Shown here one piece after another: positions 1 through 10,646 of a stretch of 64,000 nucleotides of DNA. This DNA comes from an uncultured Planctomycetaceae bacterium. Its GTDB lineage: Bacteria; Planctomycetota; Planctomycetia; Planctomycetales; Planctomycetaceae. Location of the stretch: the NCBI GenBank assembly GCA_963815195.1, contig CAWFGE010000012.1, positions 96,001 to 160,000 on the forward strand. The letters are read 5' to 3'. The notes beneath the pieces are model-generated. The model made no database searches and was not told the origin of the DNA. It saw only the letters and a program-made list of their open reading frames with translations. Each line of letters opens with the position of its first letter. Position 1 is the first letter of the stretch. A program made the translations under genes and the position numbers.

Positions 1-11
1 TCGCATCGATT

Positions 12-79
12 AGCCGCAGGGCGCTCGCCCCGGTTCGCTTGTCACATTTTTATGAGCCGCAGGGCGCTCGCCCCGGTTC
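12..79. repeat. Two direct copies of a 25-bp REP-like element AGCCGCAGGGCGCTCGCCCCGGTTC (12-36, 55-79)
   Basis: Exact 25-bp duplication. The same element recurs in reverse at 19423-19447 (one mismatch) and ~49308-49332. Confidence 0.85.
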
Positions 80-150
80 ATGAGGCGAATCGCATTCAAC
101 TTGCAAATCATTGGTTATTGGGATTTGGTCATTGGGGATTTTGATCGCTG

Positions 151-1446
151 ATGGGATTTTGGGAGATTACGAAAAAAGACCTCAAGCTGCTCCTGCGGGA
201 TCGGCGGACGGCGGCGCTTCTCGTCGTGTTGCCCTTGGTGTTTATCACCATCATCGGGCTGACCACCGGCAAGCTGCTCGGCTGGAAGCGGTCCAACCAG
301 ATGCTGCGGATCGGCTTTGTGGATGATGTGGATTATCTCAACATTCAGACCGAATTCGACGACCCGAAACTCGACGCCGCCGAGCGAACCCGCGCCAAAA
401 ACCTGGTCCGCAAGATCGTCAACGGGCTGCAAGCAGGCCAAGGCGTCGAAATCTTCCCCGCGGAGAACCGCGACACGCTCCAGCGAATGCTGGACGGACA
501 GGCCGACGAGGAAGTGAACGCCGGCCTGGTCTTCGGCCCGGAGTTTTATCGGAAAGTCTCAGAACTCACCGCGACCGATGTGCTTTCGCCGACCGGCGGG
601 AAGCTCCAAGGCGGTTTGAAGTCGCTGGACATCGAACTGGTAAGCGATCGCCCCGAATCGAGCACCTCCACGGTCATCGAGCGCCTGGTTTACAGCGAGG
701 CCCTCCGCAACATCGCCCCGTCGGTGTTCTGCAGAAGCGGAGCCCTGGCACAACGCATCCGCTCGACCTGCGATGACCTGGAAGCCGAGGGCGGCGTGCC
801 GCCGATGGAACTCGAGCCCGTCAAGGAAGAAGCGGGCCAGGCGGACGGGCGGCTCTATGATGAACTGGTGCCCGGCTGGACGGTCATGTTTGTGTTCTTT
901 CTCATCAATATCATGGCCCGCTCATTTATCCACGAGCGCGACCTGGGCACGCTGAACCGCTTGCGGATCGCCCCGGTTTCGCCCACCGGCGTGATGTTCG
1001 GCAAAACCGTGCCTTTCTTTATCGTCTCGGTTGTACAGACGGTACTGTTGTTCTTGGCGGGGCGGCTCTTGTTCGGGATGTCCTGGGGTCAGGAGCCCTG
1101 GCTGCTCGTTCCGGTGATCCTCGCGACCTCGATGTCCGCGACGACATTGGGGCTGATGGTCGCCACCGTCGTCAAAACCGATTCGCAGGTCTCGGCCTAT
1201 GCGACGTCCGTGATGATCGTGATGGCGGGAATCAGCGGTTGTTTTCTGCCGCGGGACTGGCTGCCGGACATGATGAAAACCATCAGCCTCGGCACTCCGC
1301 ACGCCTGGGCGTTGATGGCCTACCGCGAAATCCTCACCACCGAGCATCCGCTTCTGGAACAAGTTTTCAAATACTGCAGCGTCCTGGTGGGATTCTCGGG
1401 CGTATACTTCCTGTTCGGAGCCTGGCGCTTCCGCCACGTGGGATAG
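151..1446 (+). CDS. ABC-2 type transporter permease
   Basis: N-terminal KDLKLLLRD plus TM, an extracytoplasmic loop, the ERDLGTLNRLRIAP motif and a C-terminal TM bundle. Confidence 0.9.
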   Translation: MGFWEITKKDLKLLLRDRRTAALLVVLPLVFITIIGLTTGKLLGWKRSNQMLRIGFVDDVDYLNIQTEFDDPKLDAAERTRAKNLVRKIVNGLQAGQGVEIFPAENRDTLQRMLDGQADEEVNAGLVFGPEFYRKVSELTATDVLSPTGGKLQGGLKSLDIELVSDRPESSTSTVIERLVYSEALRNIAPSVFCRSGALAQRIRSTCDDLEAEGGVPPMELEPVKEEAGQADGRLYDELVPGWTVMFVFFLINIMARSFIHERDLGTLNRLRIAPVSPTGVMFGKTVPFFIVSVVQTVLLFLAGRLLFGMSWGQEPWLLVPVILATSMSATTLGLMVATVVKTDSQVSAYATSVMIVMAGISGCFLPRDWLPDMMKTISLGTPHAWALMAYREILTTEHPLLEQVFKYCSVLVGFSGVYFLFGAWRFRHVG

Positions 1447-1460
1447 AAAGTCCCAAGCGC

Positions 1461-1572
1461 GAAATCCGAAATCCAAAATCCGAAAAAAATCCAAAACCCC
1501 AAATTCCAAGGCTCGAAACCCCCAGATTTGTGAGTTTGATCATTCGGATTTCTCGGTTCGGATTTCGAATTT
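1461..1572. repeat. Intergenic AAATCCG/CGGATTT heptamer-type low-complexity inverted repeat
   Basis: aaatccgaaatccaaaatccg...ttcggatttc...cggatttcgaattt. A related tract lies at ~32682-32745. Confidence 0.65.
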
Positions 1573-1657
1573 GCGATCGGTCTTGTCGCGGGGTTTGGAT
1601 TGCCGGTATGATCCCCCCCCGGAATTTGATGGATCGGATTTCCTAGGCCGGGACGGC

Positions 1658-2739
1658 ATGTTGAAACGGATTTCAGTTGCGGATCTTCAGGCCCTCGATG
1701 CGCGGCGGGTTTGCCTCATCAAACCGAGCGCCTTGGGCGACATTGTGCAGACGCTGCCGCTTTTGCCGGTCTTGAAGGAGCGATTCCCGCACGCCTCGGT
1801 TTCGTGGGTGGTGGCTTCGCAGTTTGCCGAGCTGTTGACGGGGCATCCGTTTTTGGATGAGGTGATTCCCTTCGACCGGCGGGGCGGAGCAAGGCGATTT
1901 TTCGGGCTGCTCCAGGCGCTGCGGAAACGCCGGTTCGATCTGGTGTTCGATCTCCAGGGCCTCTTGCGGACAGGCCTCATGACCTGGGCCACCCGCCGCC
2001 CGTGCGGGTCGGTTTGGAGACGGCCCGGGAAGGGGCGGACTGGGCCTGCCAACTTTCGCTGCCCGACACGAGCCGGCTCGTGCCCGCCCATCTGCGGAAT
2101 TGGCGGGTGGCGGAGGCGCTGGGAATGGGGCAACATCGGCGGGAGACGATCGTCGCGGTGACCGCACACGACCGGGCGTGGGCACGCGGGCAATTCGCCG
2201 GCTTGTCGCCCCGCGTGTTGGTCATTCATGCCGGGGCTCAGTGGGAAACCAAACGCTGGCCGGCGGGGCACTTCGCCTTTGTCGCGGCGAAGGCGGCCCG
2301 CTATTACAAGATGTCCCCGGTTCTCGTCGGCAGTCCCGCGGAACGAACTCTGACCGACCACATCGAGCGGCAAGTCCGCAAATTCGTCCCCAATGCCCGT
2401 CTGAAAAATCTCGCGGGTCAGACGACGCTCAAACGTCTCGCCGCCGTCCTGGAACGGGCCGACGTGGTGCTGTCGAACGATTCCGGTCCGATGCACCTCG
2501 CGGCCGGTGTGGGGACGCCCGTGGTCGGCGTTTTCACCTGCACAAGCCCGGTCCAGTCCGGTCCGCCGGGAAAGCAGCACGCCCTCGTCAGCACGCGGCT
2601 TGATTGCGCCGCGGGTTATCACAAACATTGCCCGCACCGCGGCGGCCGCCGCCTGGCATGCTTCCGAGAACTGGAAGCCGACCGCGTCTGGCAAGCCCTC
2701 GCCGATTTGGTGGAATCCCAATTCCGCCGCGCCGCGTGA
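1658..2739 (+). CDS. Glycosyltransferase family 9 (LPS heptosyltransferase-like), frameshifted near 2000
   Basis: First frame has IKPSALGDIV and FDLVFDLQG. Second frame has GAQWETKRWP and NDSGPMHLAA. Confidence 0.88.
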
Positions 2740-2910
2740 TTGGGACCAGTTGGCGAGAGGGAGAATGGGAGACGGGAAGTTGTCGGTCCGAACCGATAGA
2801 ATTGCGCCGTTGCATCCGCCTGTCCGCCCCACTAGGATCTTAGCATGGTGAGGGATCACCCGTTGTGGCTTTCTCCGTCCATCTGACCACATCCTCGCCA
2901 ATTCTCTCTC

Positions 2911-4087
2911 ATGAGCCGCTCCGTGATTCGGATCGTTTTTGCATCGGTTCTGGTCGGTGTTTTGATCGCCGGCGGGTGGTATCTGCGCACGCATTGGGCC
3001 GGCGAAGATGACAACCACGTCGATCCGGAACCTCCCTTGGCCACCTCCGATGAGAATTGCGATCGCCCCGTCAATGCGTTGGGCTATCTGCTTCCCCACG
3101 ACGGCGTGATCTCGGTGAGCGCCACGCCCGGCGATCGATTGGCGGAACTGAAGGTTGCGGAAGGGGATCCGGTGGAAGAAGGCCAGTTGCTCGCGGTGCT
3201 CGACAGTCAGAAGATGCGGTTTCTCCAGTGGAAGGCTCAAGAGTCCCAGCGCCGAAGCGGAAAAGCAGCTGACCGCCGAACTCGCCGCCGCCGACCAGCA
3301 AATCACGCTCGCGAAGTTGGCCCAAGAGAAACTCGCCTTGCAAAAGATCGAAGAAGACGCCCAGCGGTCCCAAATCGAATTCCTGAAAACGAGCCTCGCA
3401 TTGGCCAAGCGGAATCTGGACCGCTTGGAAGGATTGTCGGAATCGCTGGTCTCCGCCCAGAAGCGGGAGCAGCAGGAACTGCAAGTGGACAAGACCTTGG
3501 AGGAACTTCAGGCCGCCCAGATGACGTTGAAACGGATGACGGCCGGCCGGGCGTTTGCCGAAAAATCCGCGGCGGCGGAACTGGCCGCGGCCCAGGCCAA
3601 GCGGGATGCGGTGAAGGCCGCCGACAAATCCAAGTCACTTAAATACGGCGAGGAACTCGCGAAGCTCCAATACGACCAGACGCAAATCGAGGCCCCCGCG
3701 GCGGGGACGGTCTTAAAGACGTTCGTGGAGCCGGGCGAAGTTCTTGCGTCCGAGCCCATCCTGCAAATGGCCGACCTGAAACACATGACCTGCCAGGCCG
3801 AGGTCTTTGAAACGGACATCCAATGCATCCGCGAAGGACAGCGCGTCCGCGTCACAAGCCCCGCCTTTCCCCGCACGGGATCGAAGGAATCCGGCATTTT
3901 CGGGAAGGTCGTCCGCATCAGCCGGCTCGTCGCCGCCGCCAAGCTCAAAAGCCTCGACCCCTACGCGGCCGCGGATCGGCATGTCGTGGAAGTCACGATC
4001 GAATTCGACGATTCCGCGAGCAAGGTGGCGGGGCGGTTCGTCAACCTGCAAGTGCAAGTCGAATTCCTGATGGATCGCGCCCCGTGA
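2911..4087 (+). CDS. DevB/HlyD-family membrane fusion (periplasmic adaptor) protein, frameshifted near 3240
   Basis: N-terminal TM, ALGYLLP, lipoyl halves VAEGDPVEEGQLLAVLD and IEAPAAGTVL, a coiled coil and AEVFETDI. Confidence 0.85.
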
Positions 4088-4146
4088 CGGGGAGCACCTT
4101 GTCGAAACGTCCGCCGTGTTGTCTCGCCCCGTGATGCCCGCTCCCC

Positions 4147-5307
4147 ATGCCCATTCAACTTGCCTGGCGAAATCTGCTGCACAACCGCATGCGAACCATG
4201 GTCGCCATCTGCGGCGTGGCCTTCGCCGTCACGCTTGTGTTTCTGCAGTTGGGTTTTTTAGGTTCGGTCCAAACGACGGCGTCCATCATCTACGATGCCC
4301 TCGATTTTGATTTGATGATTCGCTCGCCCGAATATCTGAACTTTGCCGACGCCCGCGATTTCCCGGTCGAACGCCTGCAGCTGATCCAAGCCCTCCCGGA
4401 AGTTCGAACCACGGTGCCCTTTTACGTCGGCGTGAACGAGTGGAAACACCCCCGCAAAAACATCCGCCGCGCGATTCTGACGATGGGCGTGCCCCGCGGC
4501 CGGCGCGCGTTCAATCGCCGGGAATTGCACGACGTCTGCCAGACATTGCGGCTGCCCAGCCACGTTCTGGTGGATACGCGGTCCCGAAAGGAATTCGGCC
4601 CCAAGAACGGCCGCCGGTTCTCCACCGAAGACATCGGCGTGGAGACCGAAATCGGTTCGCATCCCGTGACAATCGTCGGCGTGTTTACACTGGGATCGGG
4701 ATTCGCGTCTGACGGAGCCGTGCTGATGACCGACCGGGGCTTTGACCGCATCTATCCCTATCGGTCCACCAACCGCGCGAGCCTCGGCCTCGTCAAATTG
4801 ACCGAGGGGGCCGACCGCGAAGAGGCCCTGCGGAAATTGACGGCTTTGGCGGATCGCATCCAGGACTTTTCCGTTTGCACGCGCGAGCAGGTTGTGGCGG
4901 AAGAAACTCATCTGTGGGTGAACGAAACGCCGATCGGGATCATCTTTCAAAGCGGAGCCGCGCTCGCGTGCGTCGTCGGACTGGTGATTGTCTATCAAGT
5001 CCTCTCCAGCGATGTAGCCGCCCGCTTGGGGGAATACGCGACGCTCAAAGCCATGGGCTACCAGAACGGGTTCCTGTCGAGCGTCATCGTCTCGCAAGCG
5101 GTGATCCTCTCCATCGCCGGCTATTTTCCCGGCCTCGTGATGGCCCTGTTTCTCTATTGGCTGACAACGCTCTACGCCGGCATTCCGATGGATATGACGA
5201 TCTTTCGCCTGGCGTTTGTCTTCGGTCTTTCCGTCGGCTTTTGCGTGTTGTCGGGCCTGGGAGCCTTACGAAAAGTTCGCCGGGCGGAACCGGCGGATCT
5301 GTTTTAA
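4147..5307 (+). CDS. DevC-like ABC exporter permease (FtsX/MacB-type)
   Basis: LAWRNL, GVAFAVTLVFLQLGF, VYQVLSSDV, EYATLKAMGY and C-terminal EPADLF. Confidence 0.88.
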   Translation: MPIQLAWRNLLHNRMRTMVAICGVAFAVTLVFLQLGFLGSVQTTASIIYDALDFDLMIRSPEYLNFADARDFPVERLQLIQALPEVRTTVPFYVGVNEWKHPRKNIRRAILTMGVPRGRRAFNRRELHDVCQTLRLPSHVLVDTRSRKEFGPKNGRRFSTEDIGVETEIGSHPVTIVGVFTLGSGFASDGAVLMTDRGFDRIYPYRSTNRASLGLVKLTEGADREEALRKLTALADRIQDFSVCTREQVVAEETHLWVNETPIGIIFQSGAALACVVGLVIVYQVLSSDVAARLGEYATLKAMGYQNGFLSSVIVSQAVILSIAGYFPGLVMALFLYWLTTLYAGIPMDMTIFRLAFVFGLSVGFCVLSGLGALRKVRRAEPADLF

Positions 5308-5333
5308 TGTGAGGAGCGGCGAAAACAAGAGAA

Positions 5334-6515
5334 ATGAAGCCTGCATATCGCGTTCCCTTGGCGTGGAAGAATCTCACGCACAACTATTGGCGGTTGTTCA
5401 CCGCGGTCGCCGGGATTGCGTTCGCCGTCATTTTGATGTTCGTCGAACGAGGCTTTCAGAACGCCTTGTTCGACAGCACGATTTATGTCATTCGGGAACT
5501 CAAGGCCGACCTCATCATCCGCAGCCACGCCAAGTATCTATTCGAGTCGCCGCATCCGTTCGACCGCCGGCGGTTGCTCCAGGCGAAAGCCCATCCGCAA
5601 GTCGAAGCCACGTTTCCCGTGTACGTCGAAGTCGGCCAAAGTGTTTTTCGGCGCGAGAATCAGCCAAGCTATCCGATCCGCGTGCTGGCGTTCGACGTGA
5701 AACAGGACCTCTGCAAGATTCAAGGCGTTCAAAGTCAGGCGGAAAAGCTAGATCGCCCCCAGACCGCGCTCATCGACCGAAAAAGCAAAGAAGGCGCCTA
5801 CCATCTCCCGCTGGATAAACCGGCGAAACTCTCCCAGATTCCGACGGAACTGGCCGGGAAGCAAATTGAGCTTGTGGGCACGTTTTCGCTGGGAACGGAT
5901 TTCGCGAACGACGGCACGCTGATTATGACGCCCGAAAACTTCGCCCGCTATTTTCCCTACCGCAACGGCGGGCGGGAATCGCTGTCCCTTGTGGATGTCG
6001 GCTTAATCCATCTTCGCGACCGGGCCGATCCGGAGCAGGTCAAAAACGAACTCGTTCGCATACTGCCCCCCGATGTGGTCGTGGAAACCAAGCAGCGCTA
6101 CATGTCGCGCGAACAGAGCTATTGGAAAAACAGCACGCCGGTGGGGTTTGTGTTTTCTCTCGGCGTGATTCTCGGTTTTGTGGTGGGCGTCGTGATTTGT
6201 TATCAGATCATCTTTGCCAATATCAACGACCATCAAGCCGAGTTCGCCACGCTGAAAGCCATGGGCTATTCGACGCGGTTCTTTATCGGCATCGTCCTGG
6301 GGAAATCCATCTATCTGTCGATCCTAGGATTCATTCCGGGTTTGCTCATTAGCTTGGGCATATTTGAGTTCCTGTCCCAGTGGACGGGACTGCTGATGGA
6401 ACTCAGTCTGACACGTATCCTCATGATCTATGGACTGACACTTTTGATGTGCATCGTTTCCGGATGCCTCGCCATTCGGAAGGTGCTCGAACTAGAACCC
6501 GCCGATCTGTTTTAG
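5334..6515 (+). CDS. Second DevC-like ABC exporter permease
   Basis: PLAWKNL, GIAFAVILMF, EFATLKAMGY and C-terminal EPADLF. Paralog of the upstream gene. Confidence 0.88.
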   Translation: MKPAYRVPLAWKNLTHNYWRLFTAVAGIAFAVILMFVERGFQNALFDSTIYVIRELKADLIIRSHAKYLFESPHPFDRRRLLQAKAHPQVEATFPVYVEVGQSVFRRENQPSYPIRVLAFDVKQDLCKIQGVQSQAEKLDRPQTALIDRKSKEGAYHLPLDKPAKLSQIPTELAGKQIELVGTFSLGTDFANDGTLIMTPENFARYFPYRNGGRESLSLVDVGLIHLRDRADPEQVKNELVRILPPDVVVETKQRYMSREQSYWKNSTPVGFVFSLGVILGFVVGVVICYQIIFANINDHQAEFATLKAMGYSTRFFIGIVLGKSIYLSILGFIPGLLISLGIFEFLSQWTGLLMELSLTRILMIYGLTLLMCIVSGCLAIRKVLELEPADLF

Positions 6516-6550
6516 TATCTGACAGTGTGTTTAAGAACGTATACCCACGC

Positions 6551-6641
6551 AAACGTGAGCGGTACGGCGCTAGCCGCCGGTCTTGACTTTGGAAATATCG
6601 CTTCATCGAAGCCGGAGGCTAGGCGCCTACCCCTCACGTTT
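6551..6641. repeat. Inverted REP-like pair between devC and devA
   Basis: aaacgtgagcggtacggcgctagccgccgg (6551-6580) and ccggaggctaggcgcctacccctcacgttt (6612-6641) form an imperfect inverted repeat. Confidence 0.7.
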
Positions 6642-6674
6642 AAAACACCTTCTGCGACTGAGTTTATGTGATCT

Positions 6675-7783
6675 ATGATTTCATCCAGTGCACACTGCCT
6701 GTCGATCCAGATCGAAGGCCTCAACCATTACTTTGGCGACGGCGAGCTGCGCAAGCAGAGCGCTGTTTGACAACAACCTCGTTGTGAAGCCCGGCGAGAT
6801 CGTGATTATGACCGGGCCGTCCGGGTCGGGGAAAACCACGCTGCTCGTTCTCGCGGGAACGCTCAGGAACGTGCAGGAAGGCAGCCTGAAAACACTGGGC
6901 CGAGAGCTCAACGGGGCCACGCCGCGCAAACTTGTCGAGCTGCGCCGCGAGATCGGGTTTATCTTCCAGGCTCACAACCTATTCGAAATCCCTCACGGCT
7001 TACGAAAACGTCAAAATGGCGCTGCAGCTTTTTCGAGTCAGCGAAAAGGACGCGCAGGCGCGGGCGATGGACCTTTTGGAGCGGCTCGATATGGGACATC
7101 GGATCGACTATAAGCCCGGCAGCCTCTCCGGCGGGCAGAAGCAACGCGTGGCGATTGCGCGGGGTTTGGCTCATCGACCGAAGTTGATCCTCGCGGACGA
7201 GCCGACCGCCGCCCTCGATGAAAAATCCGGCCGGACCGTGGTGAATCTTTTCAAGGAACTCGCCGAGACCGACGGCGTCACCGTGCTGATGGTCACGCAC
7301 GACAATCGCATCCTCGACGTGGCCGACCGCATCGTGCAGATGGTGGATGGACATATCACAAGCGACGGCAACGTCAAGGAAACGAATTTCCTCGTCGAGT
7401 TCCTTAAAAAATGCTCCGTATTCTCGGCCATGCGGTATTCCCAGCTCACCGACGCCGCCGGGAAAATGCACAAGGAAACCCATCGCCCCGGCACCGTGAT
7501 CATCCGCAAAGGCGATCCGGGCGATAAGTTTTACATCATCGGCCAAGGCGAAGTCGATGTGATCGATCGCAACGGCACCGGCCCGCATGTGGTGGCCTCG
7601 CTGGGCGTGGGCGACTTCTTCGGCGAAGCCGCGCTCCTGACCGGCGAGCCTCGGAACGCCGACGTCGTCTCCAAAACACAACTCGAAGTCTATGCCCTCG
7701 AGGCCGACGATTTTCGCGATGTCCTAAAACATAGCCCCAGCTTCGAAGACGAAGTCCGCCGAGCGCTGTTTCTGCGGCGGTGA
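6675..7783 (+). CDS. DevA-like ABC ATPase with C-terminal cyclic-nucleotide-binding domain (frameshifts near 6760 and 6985)
   Basis: LNHYFGDGELRKQ, Walker A GPSGSGKT, LSGGQKQR, ILADEPT and VTHD. CNB motifs GDPGDKFYII, FFGEAALL and PRNADV. Confidence 0.88.
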
Positions 7784-7959
7784 TAATTTGCATTGGAAGA
7801 TCGCCGATTTCGCCGCGGGCCATTCGTGGACTTCGCGGAGGACTCCCCGTTCCAACGGCAAACCGGCTGTTCTGCAAGGTGGCGTGCCGGGGGAAAACTC
7901 GGCATAATCGATCTCGAAAAACTTTCTATCCGCGTTCTGCTTCGTGCAAGGAGTTTCCC

Positions 7960-9705
7960 ATGGCAACTCGTGTTCGTCTGATGATCGGTGCATTGGCATT
8001 TTGTCTTTTGGCCGTGGTGGTGAGCGTTTCCGACTGCCGGTCGGGGGACGATCCCAAACCCGCTCAAACCGCCGCCGCTCCCAGCCCGCCCGAAACGTTT
8101 CCCGCGCCCCCGGCGAAGATCGAGCTTGACGAAGGCGACACGCTGGTGTTTCTAGGCGACAGCATCACCCACCAGTGCCTCTACACGCAGTACGTCGAGG
8201 ATTTCTTTTATACCCGCTTTCCAGCCAAGCGCATCCGCTTTCATAACGCCGGCGTCGGCGGGGCCAAGGCTTGGGACGCCCTCGAACGCTTCGACCGCGA
8301 CGTCGCCGATTATAAACCCAAGTATGTCACCATACTGTTAGGCATGAACGACGGGCGTTATCAGCCGTTCAACCAGGAGATCTTTGACACCTATCAAAAC
8401 GACATGGGGAAAGTGATCGACCGGATTAAAAAAACCGGAGCCGCTCCCGTCGTGATGTCGCCGACGATGTTCGATTCGCGGGCGGCCCGCCTGCGAAAGC
8501 CGAACGATGACTCCGGCAAGCTGGAACTGTATAACTCGGTCTTGGCCTATTACGGGCAATGGCTTCGCGAAGTCGCCACGAAAAACGGCGATAGTTTTGT
8601 GGATATGTATAGCCCGCTGAATAACCTGACCTTCGAGCAGAGAAAAACCGAGCCGCGGTTTACGATGATTCGCGATTCCGTGCATCCCGATCCGCCGGGG
8701 CAAATCGTGATGGCGTATTCCATCATCGAAGATCTGGGACTGAGACGCCCGCTGTCGAGCATCCGGATTGTGACGGGCCCCAACGGCAAAGCCCGCGCCA
8801 AGTCACCGGCGGCAAGATCGAAGACCTCAAAAAGAGCGCGAACGGATTGGAGTTTACCTGGACCGCCGAGGCGCTGCCTTGGGTCTTGCCGGAAGAAGCC
8901 GCGCTGGGCGTAAAAATGCTGCATCTCGGCCATCGCGCGAGCCGGGAGGCGTTGGAAGTGCACGATTTGAAACCCGGCCAGTATGAGCTTCAAATCGATG
9001 GCGAATCGGTGGGCGTTTATTCGGCGACGCAGCTTTCTCGGCATGTCGAGCTTCAAGAGAATCCCCGCACGCCGCAGCATCAGCAGGCCCTCAAAGTCGC
9101 CGAGTTGAATAAAGGGCGCAACAGCGGCCCGGTACGATCGCTCCGCAACGAATGGAGTAAGTTTCAGATTCATTCCCGCCTCGCCCAGTCCCTCAAGGAC
9201 ATGCCCGGGAACGCGGGTTTGGAAAAGCAAGTCGCCAAGCTGGCCGAGCAGCTAAAGAACATGGACGACCGCATTCGCGAGCAGGAACAGGCCGCGAAGA
9301 AGATCGAAGATCAGATCTATTCCGTCAATAAACCGAAGCCCCGGCGGTATGTTCTGAAACCCGTGACGAAGGTCCAAGTCAGCGGGCGCGTGACGCTCGA
9401 CGGCCAGCCGCTCGCAGGGGCCAAGGTGCAATTTCACGGGCAGAACGTCGGCCTCGAAGGCAACGCGACCACCGATCAGAATGGCAACTATCGCGCAGCG
9501 TTCCAACAATGCGCCCGGCCTCGCCCCGGGCAATTATCGGATTACGATCGAAACCCAAAACAAAAACGCGAACCCAAAAAAGACCCAAGGGAATAATGGT
9601 CAACCAGCAATTCCGCAAAAGTTCTCCAATCCCCAAACCTCGCAACTGATCGTGAACGTCACCGAGGGTCCGAACAATATCGTGTTCGATCTGAAATCCG
9701 AGTAA
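7960..9705 (+). CDS. Exported SGNH/GDSL hydrolase with C-terminal carboxypeptidase-regulatory-like domain (frameshifts near 8805 and 9495)
   Basis: Signal peptide, FLGDSIT, NAGVGG, GMND and DSVHP, followed by VSGRVTLDGQPLAGAKV...TTDQNG...PGNYRITI...IPQKFS. Confidence 0.82.
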
Positions 9706-9732
9706 TCATCGCATCGAGGCGTTGGAAGAGGA

Positions 9733-10522
9733 GTGACTGAATCGATGGGTGCCCCCCTGCCGTTGACCGATGAGGAACGGGCTGTCTATGAGTGGCAAAT
9801 CTGGGTTCCTGGCTTTGGCGAAGCGGGGCAGGAAAAGCTCAAGAATGCCGCCGTGCTGATTTCCCGCGTGGGCGGCTTGGGGAGCGTGGTGGCTTATGAA
9901 CTGGCGGCGGCGGGGATCGGCAAGTTCATCCTCGCCCACGCCGGCAACGTGAAGCCCAGCGACCTCAATCGCCAACTCCTGATGACGCACGACTGGCTGG
10001 GGAAACCCCGCGTGGAATCCGCGGCCCGGCGGCTCAAGGAACTCAACCCGCGGTTGGAAATCGTGCCCATCGGCGAAAACATCAACGACTAAGAATGTCC
10101 GTGGACTTGTGGAGCAGGTGGATTTGATTGTGGACTGCGCCCCCTTGTTTCCCGAGCGGTTTGCCATGAACCGCGAAGCCGTCGCCCAGCGTAAGCCGAT
10201 TGTCGAATGCGCAATGTACGATCTGGAAGCCCAACTCACGACGGTCCTGCCTGGAACGACGCCGTGCCTCAAATGTCTTTATCCCCAGGATCCGCCGGCG
10301 TGGAAGCGCGAGTTTCCCGTGTTCGGAGCCGTTTCCGGAACGGTGGGCTGCCTGGCGGCGATGGAGGCGATTAAAGTCCTCGCCGGCCTGGGCGAACCGC
10401 TCGCCGGCCAACTCCTCACGATGGACCTGCGGGACATGACGTTCCGCAAACGCGCGATTCAACAAGATCCGAATTGCGAATTGTGCGGACGTGTGAACGG
10501 CTCGGAACGGATCGAAGAATAG
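9733..10522 (+). CDS. HesA/MoeB/ThiF family adenylyltransferase, frameshifted near 10090
   Basis: GQEKLKNAAVL, VGGLG, SDLNRQ, and Zn sites PCLKC and DPNCELC. Confidence 0.85.
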
Positions 10523-10646
10523 CTGTCAAACTCCATTTTTCAATAACCCGACGATTTACAGATTCATCCTTGGTCTGCAGGCTGACGCCGCTTCGCGGCT
10601 AAGGAATTGATCCTTTTGTTTCCGTTTATTAAACCAGGTCATTCCT

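Noticed and set aside
10088..10095. Stop-codon readthrough or recoding in the ThiF/HesA gene
   Set aside because: The continuation is in another frame. Removing one base gives NDKNVRGLVEQVD, so this is an indel.
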